A stretch of 64,000 nt of DNA, taken from assembly GCF_009914755.1 (NCBI RefSeq), contig NC_060947.1, one strand, 5' to 3'. Position 1 is the first letter of the stretch, and the number at the start of each line of letters is the position of its first letter. A model generated the notes under the pieces. The model made no database searches and was not told the DNA's origin. It saw only the letters and a program-made list of their open reading frames with translations. The DNA comes from the human T2T-CHM13v2.0 reference genome, Homo sapiens. Positions 53,085 through 64,000 of the stretch are shown one piece after another. Position numbers and translations under genes: made by a program.

Positions 53085-53866
53085 ATCTGAGCCTATTTGG
53101 GCTTCTATAACAAAATACCAGAGACTGGGTAGGTTATAAACAACAGAAATGTATTTTTCACTATACTGGAAGCTGAGTAGGTGAAGATAAAGGTGTTAGC
53201 CGACTTGGTGTCTGGTGAGGATCGACTTCCTAGTTCATAGATGGTATCTTCTCACTGTGCCCTTACGTGATGGAAGGGGGTGAGCTAACTCTCTTTTTAT
53301 TAGGGTACTAATCCCATTCATGAGGGCTCTGCCCTCATGACTTAGTCATCTCCCAAAGTCTCCACCTCCTAATACCATCCCCTTGGGGGTTAGGATTTTA
53401 ACATACGCATTCTGAGTACACAGAAACATTCAGGCTGTAGCACTAAGACTGCAATATCAAAGTACCACAAATTGGGTGGCTTAGAACAAGAGAAATTTAT
53501 TGTCTCACAGTTCTAGAGTCTAGAAATATGCAGTCAAATTGTTTTCAGGGCCATGCTCCCTCTAAGACTCTGGGTAGAAGCCTTCTTTGTCTTCTGGTGG
53601 TAAGAGTTGTTCCTTGACTTCCCCTGACTTGTGGCTGCATCACTCCAGTCTCTGCCTCTGTAGTCTCATGGTGTTTTCCCTGTGTGTCTCTGTCTTCATA
53701 TAAAGATACCAGTCATATTGGATTGGGGCCCACCCTACTCCAGTATTGCTTCATCATAAATGATCATATCTGCAATGACTTTATTTTCAAATAAGTTCAC
53801 ATTCTGAGGTACTTGGGGTTACAACTTCAACTTATCTTTTTAGGAGACACAATTCAACCCATAACA
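53085..53866. mobile_element. Adjacent or nested MLT1 (MaLR) LTRs within L2 remnants
   Basis: ataacaaaataccagagactggg...actaatcccattcatgagggctctgccctcatgac; cacaaattgggtggcttag...acacaattcaacccataaca. Confidence 0.75.
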
Positions 53867-54618
53867 GACAATAAAGTCAAAACTGTGCTTAGTTTACTAC
53901 CTAAGGGTCTATAGGATATTGCCACTGGTGAGATAGGAAACACAGGTATAAGAGCTAGAAGATGAATTCGATTTTCTAAAGGACATACAGGAAGAGCTGT
54001 TTTAGGAATCAGTTCTACAGGTTTGAAGTGCATCTCTTTAAGATAGAAACAAGCTGTTATGACTTACGGGTAGCATCAGTAATTGGCTTCATGTTTTCAT
54101 CGTTGAGAACATGAGATGAAGGTTCACAAAAGAGTTTTATAGCAACTGTTATTCTGGCAGCGCTGGTGATCTCTATTTTGAGCTGTTATCCTATCATTCT
54201 CAGTAATTTTAGAACCATCAGTCGGGAAGTGTTCTTTATCAAAACTGAGTCATTTTAATACCAACCCACAAAAATAAAAACTAAAAAAATTTAAAAAAAC
54301 ATCGAATCATTATAATAAACACCTAAACCACCAACACAATAGCTTGAAAAAGTTGTCAAATTTTCTTAAGACTAATATGGGTAAATATTGTTTTAATATA
54401 AAAAATAATAGATGTTAGACATTCAGACATCCTCAATTTGGAACAAACAATATATTCCCTTTTTAAAAATATTCTTTCTCGATGTGTTAACGTTTACAAC
54501 TATAGTTAACATCTTCATTATGTGAATAAACAAAATAATCATAGTTTACTATTGTTAACATCAATTTTATATTTTTAAGAATGTTTTTAACTTTAAATAT
54601 TTTAAATATTTGATTTAG

Positions 54619-54945
<327 letters not shown>

Positions 54946-55427
54946 TAGGGAAAACAGTAATATAGTTCTGTCACTATTATTCGACTTGTGTCCTCTGAAG
55001 AATATAAGGTTCATTACATTATGACTTTTGCATTTTATCATAGAGTATAGTCTATCATTTTGACACATTTGTCCAATTTCAAAGTGACAATTCCTAAAAA
55101 TGCTATTAAATCCTGAGATTTTTTAATGTTTTCACCACAAAGGAATGATAAATGTTTGAGATGATACATTTACTAATTACCCTGTTTTGATCATTACACA
55201 ATGTTGGCATGTATGGAAACAACATTTCCCCATAAATTGTACCCCATAAATATGTACAGTTATTATGTGTCAATTAAAGACAACATAAAACTTCCTCTGG
55301 TCCTGCTTATGAAAATAAAGTAAAACTTAAAACATCCTACCTTATATTCATTTATGTTTTCCAAATGAAATTAAGGGTAAAAGATCCAAAATAGAAATTG
55401 AGATTTAAATTAGACCAGTGGTTCTGA

Positions 55428-56503
<1,076 letters not shown>

Positions 56504-57399
56504 TTAAATAAAGCAGTTAGGCCTTTCCTTGTTGACGTGGTTTCTGAGAGTGAACACACATAGATTTAATATAATCTGAGTAGTGTTTTCATCTCTCCTC
56601 CAAACTAGCTCTGATCAAATTCACTTTTTCTTCCCAGATTCTAGGTCTTCCTCTCTCTGCCATACTTTTGGTGTATATGGGGCATGCCTGAAAACTCATA
56701 GTAGAATTCAAGTGAATATATTAATAAGCTGAAGTATAGGTCATACAGATGGCAAAGAATAGCCTATGAGACAAAACCAGATTTGCCATTACCCCTCCTA
56801 TCAAAGCATTACATCTGAAGAACCTTTGTAGTAATTTCAAAATAAAGTCCCCATTTTTTGACTCTTAGGATGAAGGAAGTTCTGGCTGTTAGAAACCCAG
56901 GGAGCCTTTTGCTACTTAGCCAACCAACAGGGAAGAAAGAAAAATATATCTTCTTTATACATTAAAGGAAATGATGTTTTCTACAGGGGAACTACTCCTA
57001 TTTCCTTGGAGGGGTGTAAGGGTCTGTATAAATCCCCTAGAACTCTGTATAGATGAAGTAATTGTGTTTAAGACTGATGTAGCTGGAGCATGGTATACAC
57101 GCCTGTGATTCCGGCCACTTGGGAGACTGAGGTAGGAGGATTGCTTAAGTCCAGGAGATTGAGGCTTCAGTGAGCTATGATTGAGACACTGCACTCCAGC
57201 CTTGGCTACAGAACAAGATCCAATCTCAAAACAAAACCAAAAAGTAGAACACTGATGCATACTTTTTCAGTGTATCTCTATGGAACGGGCTGAAAACTAT
57301 CAGAGATAGCAGCCAAAGTAAGGAAGATTTCCCTCCAATTGAGCTCAATTATAAAAGATAATATGGGAGGAATTTTAGAGAAAGAAGCTTGTGTGTTTT

Positions 57400-58920
<1,521 letters not shown>

Positions 58921-59234
58921 CTTTTTCTGGAAGTGCGGAAAAACATATCCTTTGGAAATATCTGTGAACTTGCATAAAAGCAGTCCTCACTGCAGCTTAC
59001 ACCATTGCTTATTTTTATATTTGCATTTTATTTTCCTTTTTAAATACATGGATTGTTTATTCTCATAGCTCTCTACCTGAGGGCTCAAGCAAAGCATTTG
59101 GCTGCCCTTTCAGTTAAAAATATTCCGATCCTGTAGAAAATAGTAGTTGATAATACAGTATTTCAAAATTTAAAATTTCCATTGAGATGTGAATGAAATG
59201 AAGCATGATATTAAGAAATACATTGTCATTGAGG

Positions 59235-59460
59235 AACAGAAAACCACATACCGCGTGTTCTCACTCAAGTGGGAGCTGAACAATGAGAACCCATGGACAC
59301 AGAGAGGGGAACAACTCACACAGGGCTTGTTGTGGGGTGGGGGGTGAGGGGAGGGAACTTAGAGGATGGGCCAATAGGTGCAGCAAACCACGATGACACA
59401 CATCTATCTATGTAACAAACCTGCATATTCTGCACATGTATCCCCCCTTTTTTTTTTAGA
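59235..59460 (+). mobile_element. L1PA 3' end fragment
   Basis: gttctcactcaagtgggagctgaacaatgagaac...gtaacaaacctgcatattctgcacatgtatccc. Confidence 0.8.
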
Positions 59461-59652
59461 AGAAATTTCTTTTAAAAAGAAATACAGTGTTATTTTACCA
59501 TTTTAAGTTCTACCCTTAGACCTAAAGTTGTTGAGGACTTTGATTGTTACAAAGGGAGATGAGTATGAATGGCCCCACCAAGACCATTTTGAAAAGAATA
59601 TACTGGTGCTTTTTATTTTTGTACATTCATCTTGAAGACATTTAGTAATTAA

Positions 59653-59853
<201 letters not shown>

Positions 59854-60346
59854 TGAATTACTAGTTTACTATAGCAGCTAGGAGTCTATCCAGATAGAGT
59901 GCCTATTACAACAGCAGGGAGCCTCTTTTGTATGTATAAAGTTCACTTTGGTTCTCATATCTAAACCCTTCAGGTCAGAATACAACAGAAAAGGTTTTGA
60001 TTTCTGTCAGTTTCATTTTCTGTTAAGCTTTTTAAAGTACATATTAAATATATAGTAGTTAAAACTTTTAAATAAAAAACAGGTAAGTGTACAGGGAAGG
60101 AAAAAACCTAGTTTGGAAATCTTCCTCAGGCCATATGTTTATGTGATTATAAATTTGAAAATTACCAGGAATTTAAAAATTCTCATGTATTTGAAATTAA
60201 AAGGGTAAATACAAGCATGGGACTTTTAGTAATATTATTCAAAATTTATTTCAAATATATTATTACTAGTTATTTAGTAGATTTTCTTTAAATGTTGTGT
60301 TTGCTCATATTATTTATAAGTTATTATTTGTTTAACTTTATAATAG

Positions 60347-60493
60347 TCTTTTTTTGAAGAAGAAGATGGAAAGGAGTACATCTATAAAGAACCAAAGCTC
60401 ACTGGCCTCTCAGAAATTTCCTTGAGACTTGTTAAACTTTATGGTGAAAAGTTTGGTACGGAGAATGTCAAAATAATTCAGGATTCAGACAAG
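60347..60493 (+). CDS. DOCK11: DOCK11 exon ([28 protein letters not shown]...IIQDSDK)
   Basis: aatag acceptor, gtaaca donor; 147 nt; DHR2 motif. Confidence 0.94.
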
Positions 60494-62169
60494 GTAACAC
60501 ATACCCTACATGTTGAAATCATTATTTGTAAGTTCCAGGCATTGTACATTGCTCCTGACTTTTTCCTTTTTTAACTGGTAGAGAAGCATGAAAACAGAGC
60601 TTTCCAGATAATAAAAGAAAGAACAGGGGCTTTGGAGTCAGAGATACCAAGCTTCAAATCTCTACTCTCTGCCACTCACTAGCTGTGTGACCATGGGGAA
60701 GGTACTTAACTCTCTGTGCTTCATCGTTCTTAGTAATAAAATGGAGATAATAATAGTAGTATTTTCCTCATGAGGTTGTTGTATGGATTAAATGAGTTAA
60801 TATATGGAAAGTATAATCACTTTCCTGGTACATAAAAAGCATTCACTAATAATAGCAAGCTAGCATGCTCACTAAAGGTTAGATATTATTGTAAATGCTA
60901 TTGTACATCATGATTCTCCGTTACATCATGATTAAAATCACCTTGGGGCACACATTTTATTCTAAGATATCCTTAGTTCAGTAATAGTGACTGTAGTTAA
61001 CATTTGCAATGAAATAGGTTTAGGAGAGATCCTTGAGCCTTGCTCTAAAGGTTATCCATCCCACTAGGCCCTGCCAAGGCATAGTGAGAAGGCTTATATT
61101 ATAGCAAGAGAGGCCCTTTCCTAGGAAATGCATAGTTCCCTATAGACAGGATTTGGGGGAAGCACTGTAGGAATGCCTGACTGTCCTTAGTTGCCTTGGG
61201 TGTGCCCAGACTTAGAGCTGATTTTTAAGGGTAGGAAGTTCATATAAAGTTCAAGATTTGTATCCACAGTGATATTTACTGAGTGACTATGATATGCGCA
61301 GTGCTATGCAGAACACTTAAAAGCTAGCAGGAAGCATTACCAGAGTGAAAAAGCCCATGGCTATTGTAAAGACACTTCATTGTCTACCACGAAAATAATC
61401 TCTTCACTTTGTATACTTACATATATCTCTTGGAGATGACTTTATCTTAAACACATGCCTAAGACATTTAAAAATAGATTTGGTGGTAGTTTCAACGTAA
61501 TATATGGCAAACACTCTCTACTTCTTTCCTTATCAGTTTCACTATTTTGTGTTGTTTCGTTGAATTGAGACAACAGAAGATTTTCTCCCCTTGCAGCCAG
61601 ATAGTGTAAGACTTGTTCCCACAATATTGATTACTGTATAAATGGAAAGGTAATGAAAAGTCAGACTTTCTGTGCAACATGCAGTTTTCTACCTTATTCT
61701 GCCTCTGAAAACTGGGCCAAAGAATGCTAGCGACAAACCACTACAGGTGGCTGGACTCCTGATGTTTGTTATGTATCATATTTTAGTAGTTCCCCACAGG
61801 CAACAGACATAATAAGCAGTTCTGGCTTTTAAAATATATTTATTGTTTTCTCAATTTGTGAAAATAAAAATTAAAAATATTCTTTTCCCTTGCCAAAGAA
61901 CAAAATCTGCTTAAGGGCAAAGGCAATTTGAAGAGGAGTTTGGCAATATCTTCCAATATTTTAAATGTATGTGTCCTTGGACCCAACAATTTCACATTTA
62001 ACATTTTATCTTGTAGATGTACACATATAAATGTATATGTTTAAAGTTGTTCACTGCCACAAAATTTATATAGCAAAAACCTGGAAGCAGTCTAAATGTC
62101 CATATGGTTAAAGAAATGGCGGTATTACCCATATAATGGATATAACCACCTAGACATTAAAAAGCATGA

Positions 62170-63978
<1,809 letters not shown>

Positions 63979-64000
63979 CAATTACAGTAATTTTTAATTT

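Overview
Primate (human-like, Alu-dense) genomic DNA from the 3' half of DOCK11 (Zizimin2, X-linked DOCK-D Cdc42 GEF). Eighteen + strand GT-AG exons splice in continuous phase, from the armadillo-like region into the DHR2 catalytic domain; the gene extends beyond both window ends. The main unexpected element lies antisense in the intron 14168-20022. It is an intronless, ancient copy of RBBP8/CtIP whose N-terminal half is still a 435-codon open reading frame, with a CpG-rich promoter-like region and poly(A) signals. Its C-terminal half (CtBP motif, Sae2-like domain) is still recognisable downstream but is broken by stops and insertions. This suggests a selectively maintained, truncated CtIP-like retrogene. 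A second oddity is a ~1.3 kb palindrome (30910-32211): near-perfect ~224 bp arms, each ending in a MADE1 mariner MITE, around an almost pure A/T core. The rest is typical Alu, MIR, L2, L1, MLT1, MER5 and Tigger repeat content. All homology calls are by-eye comparisons with sequences recalled from memory, and repeat boundaries are approximate.
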